DNA of 64,000 nt. It comes from Bacteroidota bacterium (lineage in GTDB: Bacteria; Bacteroidota; Ignavibacteria; UBA10030; SZUA-254). Made by a program: the position numbers and the translations under genes. Shown piece after piece: positions 26,735-35,897 of this stretch. The notes under the pieces were generated by a model that ran no database searches, was not told the DNA's origin, and saw only the letters and a program-made list of their open reading frames with translations. Every line of letters starts with the position of its first letter. Within the stretch, counting starts at the first letter, position 1. Location of the stretch: the NCBI GenBank assembly GCA_035635475.1, contig DASQAZ010000036.1, positions 13,066 to 77,065 of the forward strand, given 5' to 3'.

Positions 26735-29095
26735 TCATTCCTTCGCTTCGGTAACCTTCTTCAGTTCCCGGACTTTATCGTAAAACTCGGGGAGAGACAT
26801 CTCTTTAATGAAAATCATTCCCCGCGCGGCCCTCAAACGAGGATGGGCGTGGTTGAGGAAGAAGTCCTTTCCGAGGCAGGTTTTGACGATTCCATACTGT
26901 TCGACCTGAATCTTCTGCGCAAGCTCGGAGAACGGGCCGTCGTGTTCATAACTCGGGAAGGAGGCTGCACGCTGTGAGCCGAAACAGTTCATGAACGCCG
27001 TGTGCAGCAGAGAGAGAGTATTCAGCGATACCGGGACCATGGTCGTGGCCTCCGCCGGGCTAAACCGATACCAGACGTTCCGGTAGCCCCAGATCCGGAT
27101 CCGGGGGTTCGCGCGCTTCTGATACATCTTGACGGCCTCCGCCACCGCCTGGAGGGCCTTGTAATGAGTGTCCGGACCGCTCCCCTCGGGGTCAAAGGCC
27201 ACCGAAACGACGTCGGGACGAACGCGCATCATCAGCTTGTAAATCGGAGGAACATCGCGCTCGATCCGGGGTTCCTCTCCGAACAGCTCTCCGGCGTAGA
27301 ATCCCAATCGCAGCGCGTGCACGTCGGATGCCTCGATACCGAAGTATGCCCACAGCAGCTCGACTTCCCACTCCCGCAGCGTTCCCTTTATAAGCTGTAT
27401 CTCCGGAGGATCTTTCCCACCGGGGTATTGCGAAACCAAGTAGTCGTCCAACTCGAGAATTTTCCTGCGCAGGGTGGAGAGCTTTTTCGTTTTGAATATT
27501 CCGATGAGATTCCGGAGCAGGCGCCTGGCTTCCGCTTCGTCCTTTTTCTCCTGGCGCTTCGCGGCGGTGCCGTCGAGAAACAGATAGACATCCTCCATTC
27601 TCTTCGCAGGGTCGCCGGGATCGTTCAGGAGGTTCCGGAACGACGCATTATTGAGACGGTCCCCGAGCTTCCGGACAATCGAGAGACAATACTGATTCGA
27701 AACGGAGGTGAAACCGGAGGTGAGATTTGCGAAATAGTGTTTATTCGTGGGATCGCGGACGAGATGATAAATGTAGGCGAGGTATCCGAGCATCACGTCG
27801 TCCTGATGCGGTTCGGTGTGAAGAAAGGTCGTGCCCGATATGGTCGCGATTCCTTTTTCAATTTTGCCGAGGAGGCGCTTGTGAGCGGCTCGCGTGCGTT
27901 CCCGAAGCGGCCTGCCTTTCGAACGCATCAGTTCGCTCGCGAGCCGATCGGCCCGGCAGTCGTCCGCAGTCAATTCCGGGAGCGATTTCTTGCGGCTGCA
28001 GGCGAGTGAAATGAGCACGTCATCGGCGATCTGATCTGACGGCGGTCGCATGCGTCGAATATCTTCGACCCGCCTCTGGGAGAGGGCGCGCGCCGCTCCC
28101 CTGGTAAGATAGAATCGGGAGTGCTTGAGGTCCTGAAGCACAGAGGCGGGATATTGCTGGTGTTTCTTTTCTTCGATCGCCAGGCGGACGACTTGCGCCT
28201 TGGCATCCCCGGCGGCGATGATGATCGCCGTGGCCGTGGGATTGTACGTAAGCGTGGCGAGGCCGATGGTAATCACCAGCCGGTTGCGGGATATCTCGAT
28301 CCCGCCCAGGTCCGATGCGGCCCCCGCCTGCGTCTCGTAGTTCGTGCCCGTCAACCGGGTGGTGGAAAAAACGCCCGACCCCCTCACGTTGAACGCCACA
28401 TGTCCGTCGGGCCCGATTCCTCCTAGAAAAAAACCGATGCCGCCCAGGGTCCTGATTCTCATTTCGTAATTGGTGCAGAACATGTCGACCCGATTGATTA
28501 CTTCCCTCTGGAGGTGTTCGAGGTCCGAGCGGGTCTGTCTCACCCGGAGCGAGAGATCGACGATGTTCCCGGGAAACACGTCCTCCATTGACGCTCCCGG
28601 AGGAAGGCCCAGCGTGGTCGAGTCGATCAGCAATGCTTTCTTCGCGTCGAGGCCGAACCCCTTGAGATAGAACTTGTTCACATAGTGGTGAAAGCTGTTA
28701 TGCTGCCGGGCATCCATCGGATAGAACTCGTCGATCTGGACGAAGATGAGGCTCCGCATATCGGGCGGGCCGGATGCGCTGATTCCATACTCCCGGAGAA
28801 GGCGCTTGATTTCGCCGGCATTCCAACGGTCGAGGATCCGCCGGACCCACCTGATGAAATGCTCGGGAGTTCTTCCGGTCGGGAGAGCGATGACGCCCCC
28901 CGGGTTCTTGAGGACCCATTCAATAAAGCGGAGGGCTGCGAGCTTTCCCAGCGCGGGAAAGTTCTCCACCTCGATCACCCCGAGCTTCTCGGTGGGGGGA
29001 TAGATGAATTTCCGCCCGCTCCGGGCGAGCTCCACAGGCTCCACCGATGAGCTCGCGTCGTAGGGTCGCACCGAATTCGTCGATTTAATAGGCAT
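26735..29095 (-). CDS. Long NagB-like protein: glucosamine-6-phosphate deaminase/isomerase-fold N-terminus fused to an LmbE/PIG-L-like deacetylase-type domain
   Basis: N-terminal blocks GVIALPTGRTPE, IFVQIDEFY, GGIGPDGHVAFN indicate the NagB/Pgl fold. The C-terminal half has FLHTEPHQDDVMLG (PIG-L type). As I recall, this is the same layout as the long NagB-like proteins of Bacteroidota. Confidence 0.75.
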   Translation of the reverse strand: MPIKSTNSVRPYDASSSVEPVELARSGRKFIYPPTEKLGVIEVENFPALGKLAALRFIEWVLKNPGGVIALPTGRTPEHFIRWVRRILDRWNAGEIKRLLREYGISASGPPDMRSLIFVQIDEFYPMDARQHNSFHHYVNKFYLKGFGLDAKKALLIDSTTLGLPPGASMEDVFPGNIVDLSLRVRQTRSDLEHLQREVINRVDMFCTNYEMRIRTLGGIGFFLGGIGPDGHVAFNVRGSGVFSTTRLTGTNYETQAGAASDLGGIEISRNRLVITIGLATLTYNPTATAIIIAAGDAKAQVVRLAIEEKKHQQYPASVLQDLKHSRFYLTRGAARALSQRRVEDIRRMRPPSDQIADDVLISLACSRKKSLPELTADDCRADRLASELMRSKGRPLRERTRAAHKRLLGKIEKGIATISGTTFLHTEPHQDDVMLGYLAYIYHLVRDPTNKHYFANLTSGFTSVSNQYCLSIVRKLGDRLNNASFRNLLNDPGDPAKRMEDVYLFLDGTAAKRQEKKDEAEARRLLRNLIGIFKTKKLSTLRRKILELDDYLVSQYPGGKDPPEIQLIKGTLREWEVELLWAYFGIEASDVHALRLGFYAGELFGEEPRIERDVPPIYKLMMRVRPDVVSVAFDPEGSGPDTHYKALQAVAEAVKMYQKRANPRIRIWGYRNVWYRFSPAEATTMVPVSLNTLSLLHTAFMNCFGSQRAASFPSYEHDGPFSELAQKIQVEQYGIVKTCLGKDFFLNHAHPRLRAARGMIFIKEMSLPEFYDKVRELKKVTEAKE

Positions 29096-31729
29096 CTAGA
29101 TCCAGCCCCGCTTGAGGAGCCGCATCTTCACGCTCTGCGTCAGCGTAATGTAGCCGATCAGCGTCAGTAAAAGAATGGGCCAGTAGAGAGCCGGTAATTC
29201 GACAAACCCGAGCGCCGGAGCGAAAGGCGAGTAGGGGAGCCAGGCGCCGATCGCCATGACAATGACAGAGGTGAACACCAGTGGCAAGCTGGGGCGGCTC
29301 TGCAGGAAGGGAATCTTATTCGTGCGGATCACGTGGATAATCAGCGTCTGGGTCATAAGAGATTCGACGAACCATCCGGTTTGAAACAAGGATGCGCGGG
29401 CCGGATCCCAGCAATTGAAGACATAGAGCATGACGAAGTAGGTGGTGTAATCGAAGATCGAACTGATCGGGCCGATAAAAAGGATGAATTTCTTAATCTC
29501 GTCGATCGACCAGGGACGGGGCTTTGCCACAAGTTCCTCATCGACCGCATCGGTCGGAATCGGAACCTGCGAGAAATCGTACAGCAGGTTGTTGGTCAGG
29601 ACCTGGATGGGCGCCATCGGAAGAAAGGGCAAAAAGGCGCTTGCGCCGAGTACGCTGAACATATTCCCGAAGTTCGAACTTGCCCCCATCCGGATGTACT
29701 TCAGGATGTTATTGAAAACCTTCCGGCCTTCGATCACCCCCGCTTCAAGCACCAACAGACTTTTCTCGAGCAGTATGATGTCGGCGGATTCCTTGGCAAT
29801 GTCGACAGCGGTGTCGACGGAGACTCCGATATCGGCGGCGCGCAGAGCCGGGGCATCATTAATTCCGTCACCCATGAATCCGACGACGTGGCCCCGTTCG
29901 CGGAGGACCTCGACGATGCGTTTTTTATGAATCGGCGAGAGGCGCGCGAACAGCGTCGTCTTCTCCACCTCATTATACAATTCCTGATCCGGCAATTGAT
30001 CGACCTGGCTTCCGAGAATGACCTGATCCGTCGGAAGACCCACTTCGTGACAAATCTTCCGGGCCACCAGATCGTTGTCGCCGGTCAGCACCTTGACCGC
30101 GACGCCGTGTCTCTGCAGCGCTGCGATTGCGGCTGCGGCCGTCTCCTTCGGGGGGTCCAGAAACGCCACATAACCTCTCAGCACGAGGTCCCGCTCATCG
30201 TCCTTGGAGTAAACCGTGCGCACGTCGACGTCTTTATAAGCGATGGCAAGAACCCTGAATCCGTCCATGCTGAGGCGCTCGTATTCCTCCTTCAGATCCT
30301 CGATCAGGATCGGATCCATCGGCAGAATTTCTGTGTTCAGCTCGAACCGGGTACAGCGAAGGAAGATCTCTTCGGGGGCCCCCTTGGTGAGCAGGCGATG
30401 ACCGCCGTCCGGCATCTGGACCACGACGGACATCATCCGCCGCGAGAAATCAAACGGAATCTCGTCGATCCTCCTGACATTCTCGAAGTTCAACTGCTGG
30501 CGCACCTCGGCGTGCTCGAGGATCGCGCGGTCGAGAACGTTCTTCAGGCCTGTCTGGAAATGGCTGATGAGATAGGCATCGCGCAAGACGAGCTCGTCCT
30601 CCTCGCGGACCACATCGCAGTGGCGTTCGAGGATGACATGATCGACGGTGAGTGTTCCTGTCTTGTCGGTGCAAAGCACGTCCATCGCCCCCAGATTCTG
30701 GATCGAGTTGAGCCGCTTGACGATCACCTTTTTCCGGCACATGGCGAGAGCCCCTTTCGAGAGACAGACCGAAACGATCATCGGGAGCATCTCGGGGGTG
30801 AGGCCGACCGCTACGGCGAGCGAAAAGAAGAATGCCTCGACCAGGTTCCCTTTCGTCAGCAGGTTGATCAGGAAGACGAGAGGTACCATGACCATCATGA
30901 ACCGGATCATCAGCCAGGTGAAGCGGTTGATGCCCTGATCGAAACTTGTGAGCACCGTCTGACCCGCCAGGCTGCGGGCGATGCTGCCCAGGTACGTGCG
31001 GGAACCGGTCTCAAGGACGACGCCGGTCGCCGTCCCGCTCTCGACGCTGGTGCCCAGAAAGCAGATATTGATGAGCTCGATCGGCGAGACGTTCCCCCTT
31101 GTCTCCGGAACATCGAACTTTTCGACGGGGAGAGATTCTCCGGTCAGCGCCGCCTGCACGATAAATAGGTCTTTAGACGAGAGGATCCGCAGGTCGGCAG
31201 GGATCATGTCCCCGGCCGAGAGCCTCACGATGTCGCCGGGAACGAGGTCCTTCAGTGGAATTTCCTTCGCCTGTCCGCCGCGGATCGCGGTGGCGGTGAC
31301 CGTAATCATCGCTTTCAATTTCGCGGCCGCAGAGTCGGCGCGTGACTCCTGTACGAACCGTAAGATAACGCCGAGGGCGACCATCAGCGACATCACGATG
31401 CCCGCCCGGCTATCACCCGTCGCGAACGAGAGGATGGCGAGAGCCGCCAGGAGGATCACGAGCGGATTGCGCAGCGTGATCATGAGCCGCCAGAGCCAGC
31501 CGTGTTTCTTCTCCTTCGCCAGCTCGTTCGGTCCGACCTCCGTCAACCGCTGCTCGGCCTCCGAATCGATCAGTCCATCAATTGTTGTTTTCAGCCTGGC
31601 GAGTGCTTCGTCCGGCTTCATCCGGGACACTTCGGCGAGAAGAGAAGAAGCAGCCGGCGAACCCGCCTTCTTTCGCATCAGAGGCGGCGCCGGGCGAATG
31701 GCCGTCCGTTCTTCAATATCTAACGGCAC
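29096..31729 (-). CDS. mgtA: Magnesium-importing P-type ATPase
   Basis: CTDKTGTLT, TGES and MGDGINDAPALRAADIGVSV are present, with ~10 TM helices and an MgtA/MgtB-like C-terminus. The track start is GTG 31729. In-frame ATG 31678 and ATG 31621 (MKPDEALARLKTTIDGL) are alternatives. Confidence 0.9.
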   Translation of the reverse strand: MPLDIEERTAIRPAPPLMRKKAGSPAASSLLAEVSRMKPDEALARLKTTIDGLIDSEAEQRLTEVGPNELAKEKKHGWLWRLMITLRNPLVILLAALAILSFATGDSRAGIVMSLMVALGVILRFVQESRADSAAAKLKAMITVTATAIRGGQAKEIPLKDLVPGDIVRLSAGDMIPADLRILSSKDLFIVQAALTGESLPVEKFDVPETRGNVSPIELINICFLGTSVESGTATGVVLETGSRTYLGSIARSLAGQTVLTSFDQGINRFTWLMIRFMMVMVPLVFLINLLTKGNLVEAFFFSLAVAVGLTPEMLPMIVSVCLSKGALAMCRKKVIVKRLNSIQNLGAMDVLCTDKTGTLTVDHVILERHCDVVREEDELVLRDAYLISHFQTGLKNVLDRAILEHAEVRQQLNFENVRRIDEIPFDFSRRMMSVVVQMPDGGHRLLTKGAPEEIFLRCTRFELNTEILPMDPILIEDLKEEYERLSMDGFRVLAIAYKDVDVRTVYSKDDERDLVLRGYVAFLDPPKETAAAAIAALQRHGVAVKVLTGDNDLVARKICHEVGLPTDQVILGSQVDQLPDQELYNEVEKTTLFARLSPIHKKRIVEVLRERGHVVGFMGDGINDAPALRAADIGVSVDTAVDIAKESADIILLEKSLLVLEAGVIEGRKVFNNILKYIRMGASSNFGNMFSVLGASAFLPFLPMAPIQVLTNNLLYDFSQVPIPTDAVDEELVAKPRPWSIDEIKKFILFIGPISSIFDYTTYFVMLYVFNCWDPARASLFQTGWFVESLMTQTLIIHVIRTNKIPFLQSRPSLPLVFTSVIVMAIGAWLPYSPFAPALGFVELPALYWPILLLTLIGYITLTQSVKMRLLKRGWI

Positions 31730-31830
31730 GCGTTACAGGACGGGGATTGTGGAGAGATCAGGGGCAATTCTTCCAGACAACTCACTCTGCGGGTTCGGTG
31801 TCGGAGGCAGAAAACCGATTCATGATTTAA

Positions 31831-31859
31831 AATATAGCAGAAATCGGCGCGAGTATCAA
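31831..31859 (-). promoter_or_regulatory. Candidate sigma70-type promoter for mgtA in the divergent intergenic region
   Basis: The minus strand reads TTGATA, a 17-nt spacer, then TATATT. Confidence 0.3.
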
Positions 31860-31903
31860 CTATTCTTTTTGAATTTCGCCCGGCTTTCGCGTACATTCGG
31901 AGG

Positions 31904-32815
31904 ATGATCGCTCAGAAAATACGGGGAGTCTACCCGCCTATGATCACTCCCTTTACGAAGGAGGGCGAGGTGGATTACGCCGCGCACAAGCGCAACGTCG
32001 AGCGCTGGAACAAGGAGGAGCTGGGCGGTTATCTGGTCCTCGGATCCAACAGCGAGACGCCCTATCTCAACGAAACAGAGAAAGTACGGTTGATCGAGCT
32101 GACCGCACAGTACGCAGCGAGAGGCAGGAAGATCTTTGCAGGGACAGGGTTGGAGTCGACCCGGGAGTCGATCCGTCTGACTAAAAGGGCAGCCGAGGCC
32201 GGCGCCCATGCGGCTTTGGTTCTAACGCCGAGCTTTTACGGCTCCCAGATGAGTGATGATGTGCTCATCGGCCATTTTCGCCACATTGCCGACTCCTCCC
32301 ACATTCCTATTCTTATCTATAATATGCCGGCCTTCACGCACATCAACGTTTCGGTGGCCGCCGTCGGTGCCCTGAGCCGGCATCCGAATGTGATCGGGAT
32401 GAAGGACAGCGCCGGCGATGTACGCCAGCTCGAAGAGATCATGAAGGTTGTTCCGGAAACATTCAACCTCATCGTGGGCACTGCCGCGGCCTGGTATCCC
32501 GCGCTCACGCTCGGCATCTCCGCCGGAATTCTCGCCCTGGCGAACGTGGCGGGCAATCAATGTGCCATGGTTCAGAAGTATCACGAAGGGGGGGAGAGGG
32601 AGAAGGCCCGTGAGCTCCATGAGAAGCTTTTGCCGGTGAATGCCGCCGTCACATCGACGTACGGCATCGCGGGTCTCAAATACGCGGCAACCCTGCTCGG
32701 GTATGACGGGGGATGCGTCCGGAGTCCTCTCCTATCCCTGACCGAGTCCGCGCAAAAACGAATTGAGGAATTGCTCTCAGCCGCGGGTTTGCTGGCGTTG
32801 AGGGTATCGCAGTAG
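31904..32815 (+). CDS. Dihydrodipicolinate synthase / N-acetylneuraminate lyase family class I aldolase; substrate unassigned
   Basis: GVYPPMITPF, LGSNSE and NVIGMKDSAGD (Schiff-base Lys context) are present. Length is 303 aa. Confidence 0.8.
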   Translation: MIAQKIRGVYPPMITPFTKEGEVDYAAHKRNVERWNKEELGGYLVLGSNSETPYLNETEKVRLIELTAQYAARGRKIFAGTGLESTRESIRLTKRAAEAGAHAALVLTPSFYGSQMSDDVLIGHFRHIADSSHIPILIYNMPAFTHINVSVAAVGALSRHPNVIGMKDSAGDVRQLEEIMKVVPETFNLIVGTAAAWYPALTLGISAGILALANVAGNQCAMVQKYHEGGEREKARELHEKLLPVNAAVTSTYGIAGLKYAATLLGYDGGCVRSPLLSLTESAQKRIEELLSAAGLLALRVSQ

Positions 32816-32894
32816 GAAGCACATCAGAGCCCCTCCGGATCCTGAAATCAGGTAAAGTCCACGATCACACCCGGCCCGAAATCAGACCGAATCT

Positions 32895-33839
32895 TCAGAC
32901 CTGTTGTTTCCGTCCTTTTCTCTTGCGCGCGAGATAATGTTCACGTTTGTCGGCCACTGTAAGCCTTGGTTGAGACTCCTGAGCAGGATAAATGAATTCA
33001 AGATTCGCCGACGAGAACATATCGGAGTTTTCTTTACGCAAACGCTCCTCGGCCATCCTGCAGTATTCGGCGTCGATCTCGATGCCGATGCTGTTTCGTC
33101 CTGATTTCATCGCGGCTACCATCGTCGTGCCCGAACCGCAAAACGGATCGATGACTGTGTCGCCTGAAAATGAGAACATCCTGACAAGCCTGTAGGCGAG
33201 CTCCAGGGGAAAGGGAGCGGGATGTGCTCTGGTTGATGCACCGGTGATGTTCCAGAATTGCTGGAACCACTTATTGTACTCCTCCTTGGAAATCATGCTG
33301 AGCTTCCGCTGGCGTTCTGTTGGTTGTCTGTAACCGCCCGGCTTTCTCTGCATGAGTATGAACTCGATGTCGTTCTTGATGATCGCGTTTGGTTCGTAAG
33401 GTTTCCCAAGAAACTTGGAACCATTGTTGACCTCATAACTGGCGTTTGCAATCTTGTGCCAGATGATCGGATTGAGATTATCGAGACCGATCTTGCGACA
33501 AATTACGGCGATGTCGGAGTGCAAGGGAAAGACAACGTGTCGGCCGAAGTTGCGGCGTGATAAACAAACGTCACCCACGACGCAAACGACGCGACCCCCG
33601 GGGACGAGGATTCTGCACATCTCTTGCCAGACTTTAGCCAATTCCGCCAGAAAAGTTTCGTAGTCAGCGACGTGACCAAGTTGGTTTGGATTCTCGTTAT
33701 AGCGTTTCAGTGTCCAATAGGGTGGTGATGTGACGACGAGGTGGACGGACTCGTCTTGAATGAACGCCAGGTTTCTTGCGTCGCCCTGCACGAGGCGGTG
33801 AGTTGTATTATCGTGTTGTCCGTTTTGTCTCGGTGTCAT
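32895..33839 (-). CDS. Type II DNA methyltransferase, beta-class N4/N6 (motif IV before motif I)
   Basis: Motif IV is VVTSPPYW near the N-terminus. Motif I is DPFCGSGTTMVAA near the C-terminus. There is a 4-nt overlap with the upstream endonuclease gene. Confidence 0.9.
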   Translation of the reverse strand: MTPRQNGQHDNTTHRLVQGDARNLAFIQDESVHLVVTSPPYWTLKRYNENPNQLGHVADYETFLAELAKVWQEMCRILVPGGRVVCVVGDVCLSRRNFGRHVVFPLHSDIAVICRKIGLDNLNPIIWHKIANASYEVNNGSKFLGKPYEPNAIIKNDIEFILMQRKPGGYRQPTERQRKLSMISKEEYNKWFQQFWNITGASTRAHPAPFPLELAYRLVRMFSFSGDTVIDPFCGSGTTMVAAMKSGRNSIGIEIDAEYCRMAEERLRKENSDMFSSANLEFIYPAQESQPRLTVADKREHYLARKRKGRKQQV

Positions 33840-34573
33840 CGTTTCCTCGAGGTTCCAAATGCGGCGACCTGAGCAATCAGTGATTTTGCAAATATTTCGA
33901 ATGTGAGATCAATTGCCGGCTCTGTATATCGACCCTTCGATCCACGCTTTCTATCTGACATCAGGAAAGCGGCCACGTTGTAAAGGCGTTCTCTCACCAG
34001 CTTTCTGCAGAACAATTCATAGCGCTTGACGTAGGATGCATTCACATATTCCGGAAATACCTTAAAGTGGGGCTCCTGCACCTTGACCGGCTTCTGGGAT
34101 TCCGGGCAATCCTCGACTAAGAAGATGTAACCAAGCCAGGGCTTGATTGTCTTGTTGTACGCTCCTTCGCGGTAAGCCGTCCAGAGATCGAGCGCGCTTC
34201 CCATTGCTTCCTCGGTCCGATTGTTAAAATTGTTTCCAAACGACGGACCGACCTGAGACTTTGCTTCGAGGGCAAGAACGAGCTGGTCACCCTTGACCAG
34301 AAGAAGATCCCACTCTTTTGTCGGCCGGAAGAATCCTGGGAGCTCTAAATGCCTTTTATGGAAGATGTTTGATGTGTTGGCTCCGGTTTCGACCATCAAG
34401 TCGGTGAGAAGGCCGATAAAGCCATCCATCTGGGCTCCGCCGGTGACAGCACTTCGGGCGCCCTTATCAGCACCACCAGAGTCCGCCTGCTTCTTGGACT
34501 GCCTCCGTCTTGTCAACCAATACTGCGCGATCGCTTGAGAGACATGCTTGCTTACGTTGTCGATCTTCTTCAC
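33836..34573 (-). CDS. Type II restriction endonuclease, resembling the XhoI/PaeR7I family
   Basis: PD-(D/E)xK-type core: EWDLLLV...LALEAKSQVGPSFGNNFNNRTEEAMG. The blocks GARSAVTGGAQMDGFIGLL and LPGFFRPTKEWD match my recollection of PaeR7I-family proteins. The gene is coupled to a methyltransferase. Confidence 0.65.
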   Translation of the reverse strand: MKKIDNVSKHVSQAIAQYWLTRRRQSKKQADSGGADKGARSAVTGGAQMDGFIGLLTDLMVETGANTSNIFHKRHLELPGFFRPTKEWDLLLVKGDQLVLALEAKSQVGPSFGNNFNNRTEEAMGSALDLWTAYREGAYNKTIKPWLGYIFLVEDCPESQKPVKVQEPHFKVFPEYVNASYVKRYELFCRKLVRERLYNVAAFLMSDRKRGSKGRYTEPAIDLTFEIFAKSLIAQVAAFGTSRKR

Positions 34574-34655
34574 AAGCTTCCATCGGTACTTCCTCTAAGA
34601 TAGCGAATCGCCCCAGAAGATTCCAATTTCAAGCGTTGGCAGGAATCACTCCAAG

Positions 34656-35888
34656 TTACTTCGCGGCGTACTCGGCAATTTTTCTTCTCAAGAAATTATT
34701 CAGCGATTTCTGCGGCACTCCGAAGACAGCTTGAACGGCTCTGTAGAAATCCGCGTCACTTTTTCCATACGACATCAGACGTTTGAGCAAAGGGAGCCCG
34801 CCTTGCTCATCGGCCATCTTACATAATAATCCACCGAAAACATAGATGGGATCTGTGTAATAATCCATGTGCCAAAACGCGAGAACCGTGTCTAAATTGA
34901 GTTGTGGATGTTCCCGTAGATACTGATCCGCGCGTTTCAGGTGCCAGGATAATTCATGTCCCTTTGACCCTCCCAATAGGGTGGCATATCCTTCGCTGAA
35001 CCATCCGTGGGAGTTTAAGTTGAGCGGGCTCATATAGATATGGACGAACTCGTGCGGGTAATACTCGTTTTGACCAGCACCATAGACAATTCGGTTTCGA
35101 GCGTCTGACGATCCGCTCGCGCCCCTCAAGTTCCCTTCGCCGATGTGGTAATCGAAACCGAGAGCTTTGTAAAGGATGTCCAGATTCTCAGCGAGATAGT
35201 AATCGACGTCGAACGGCCTAATGCTCCACAACCCGGTGAGAGAATCAACGAAGGAATTCAAGCGAAGGGCGAGGGTTCGATCGAACTCATGACCATTCGG
35301 GAATATGAAACTGATACTCCCAACCTTTTCTTTTTTCCAAACTCTTGTGTTGATTGGCAGCATGTTGCACAGTTTGTACGCCCCGTCTTCTTTTACAGCA
35401 CCGACCTCGGTAATACACTCGGGGTGGGAGAATCCTGAATCCGTGAAAGCAAGGACCGTACGGATTGCAAAGCCACTGTCTATTCGCGATACGCTCATAA
35501 TTGTTGCCCTCCAGTAAGGGAGGTAGGCATATAAGCTTGGACTATAGTATGTAGAATTTAGTAAGTCAAACTTACCTGCATACCTTTTCTTCTCGGCTCC
35601 GAGCCAATATGGATTGTCGTAGACACTGTCGGGTTTTGAATTAAGATAGTGTTTCCAGAGTTGAATGACTTCCGCAATGTCGGCATTCGCCGTATCGATA
35701 CCACCATTGATGTGAACTCGAATGGGAGACAGTTGAGCAACAAGACTGCCGACATGAAGAAGACAAAGGCAAAGGAGCATTTTGATTGTCAATGCCCGTT
35801 TGATCCAGAATCCAGAGTGCATGTGACTGCTCATCGAGCGAATTTTGCATGGATGATGGTTACAACACACGGCATACCATCCGAACAA
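34656..35888 (-). CDS. Secreted zinc metallopeptidase-like protein (gluzincin HExxH...WFSEGYA)
   Basis: HEFVH is followed 15 residues later by WFSEGYA (compare the M1-type WLNEGFA third ligand). Signal-like segment MLLCLCLLHVGSLVAQ. The gene is AT-richer than its surroundings. Confidence 0.5.
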   Translation of the reverse strand: MFGWYAVCCNHHPCKIRSMSSHMHSGFWIKRALTIKMLLCLCLLHVGSLVAQLSPIRVHINGGIDTANADIAEVIQLWKHYLNSKPDSVYDNPYWLGAEKKRYAGKFDLLNSTYYSPSLYAYLPYWRATIMSVSRIDSGFAIRTVLAFTDSGFSHPECITEVGAVKEDGAYKLCNMLPINTRVWKKEKVGSISFIFPNGHEFDRTLALRLNSFVDSLTGLWSIRPFDVDYYLAENLDILYKALGFDYHIGEGNLRGASGSSDARNRIVYGAGQNEYYPHEFVHIYMSPLNLNSHGWFSEGYATLLGGSKGHELSWHLKRADQYLREHPQLNLDTVLAFWHMDYYTDPIYVFGGLLCKMADEQGGLPLLKRLMSYGKSDADFYRAVQAVFGVPQKSLNNFLRRKIAEYAAK

Positions 35889-35897
35889 TCTCCCATT

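Noticed and set aside
29333-31168. 611-aa plus-strand ORF antisense to mgtA, and similar long shadows (7636-8571, 18853-19716, 27002-28009, 36585-37589, 44522-45682, 46402-47232, 61046-61921, 63163-63774)
   Set aside because: Each lies opposite a gene with unmistakable family motifs. They show the R/G/D/H-rich composition typical of antisense frames in GC-rich coding DNA.
31622-31830. M-box (ykoK) magnesium riboswitch upstream of mgtA
   Set aside because: I could not find the conserved M-box core segments by eye, and the region is in frame with the ORF. It is kept only as a leader hypothesis needing cmscan.
32895-35888. Calling the AT-rich island a mobile element
   Set aside because: No integrase, transposase, tRNA target or flanking direct/inverted repeats are visible. 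Only compositional and functional hints exist, so it is reported as island-like, not as a mobile element.
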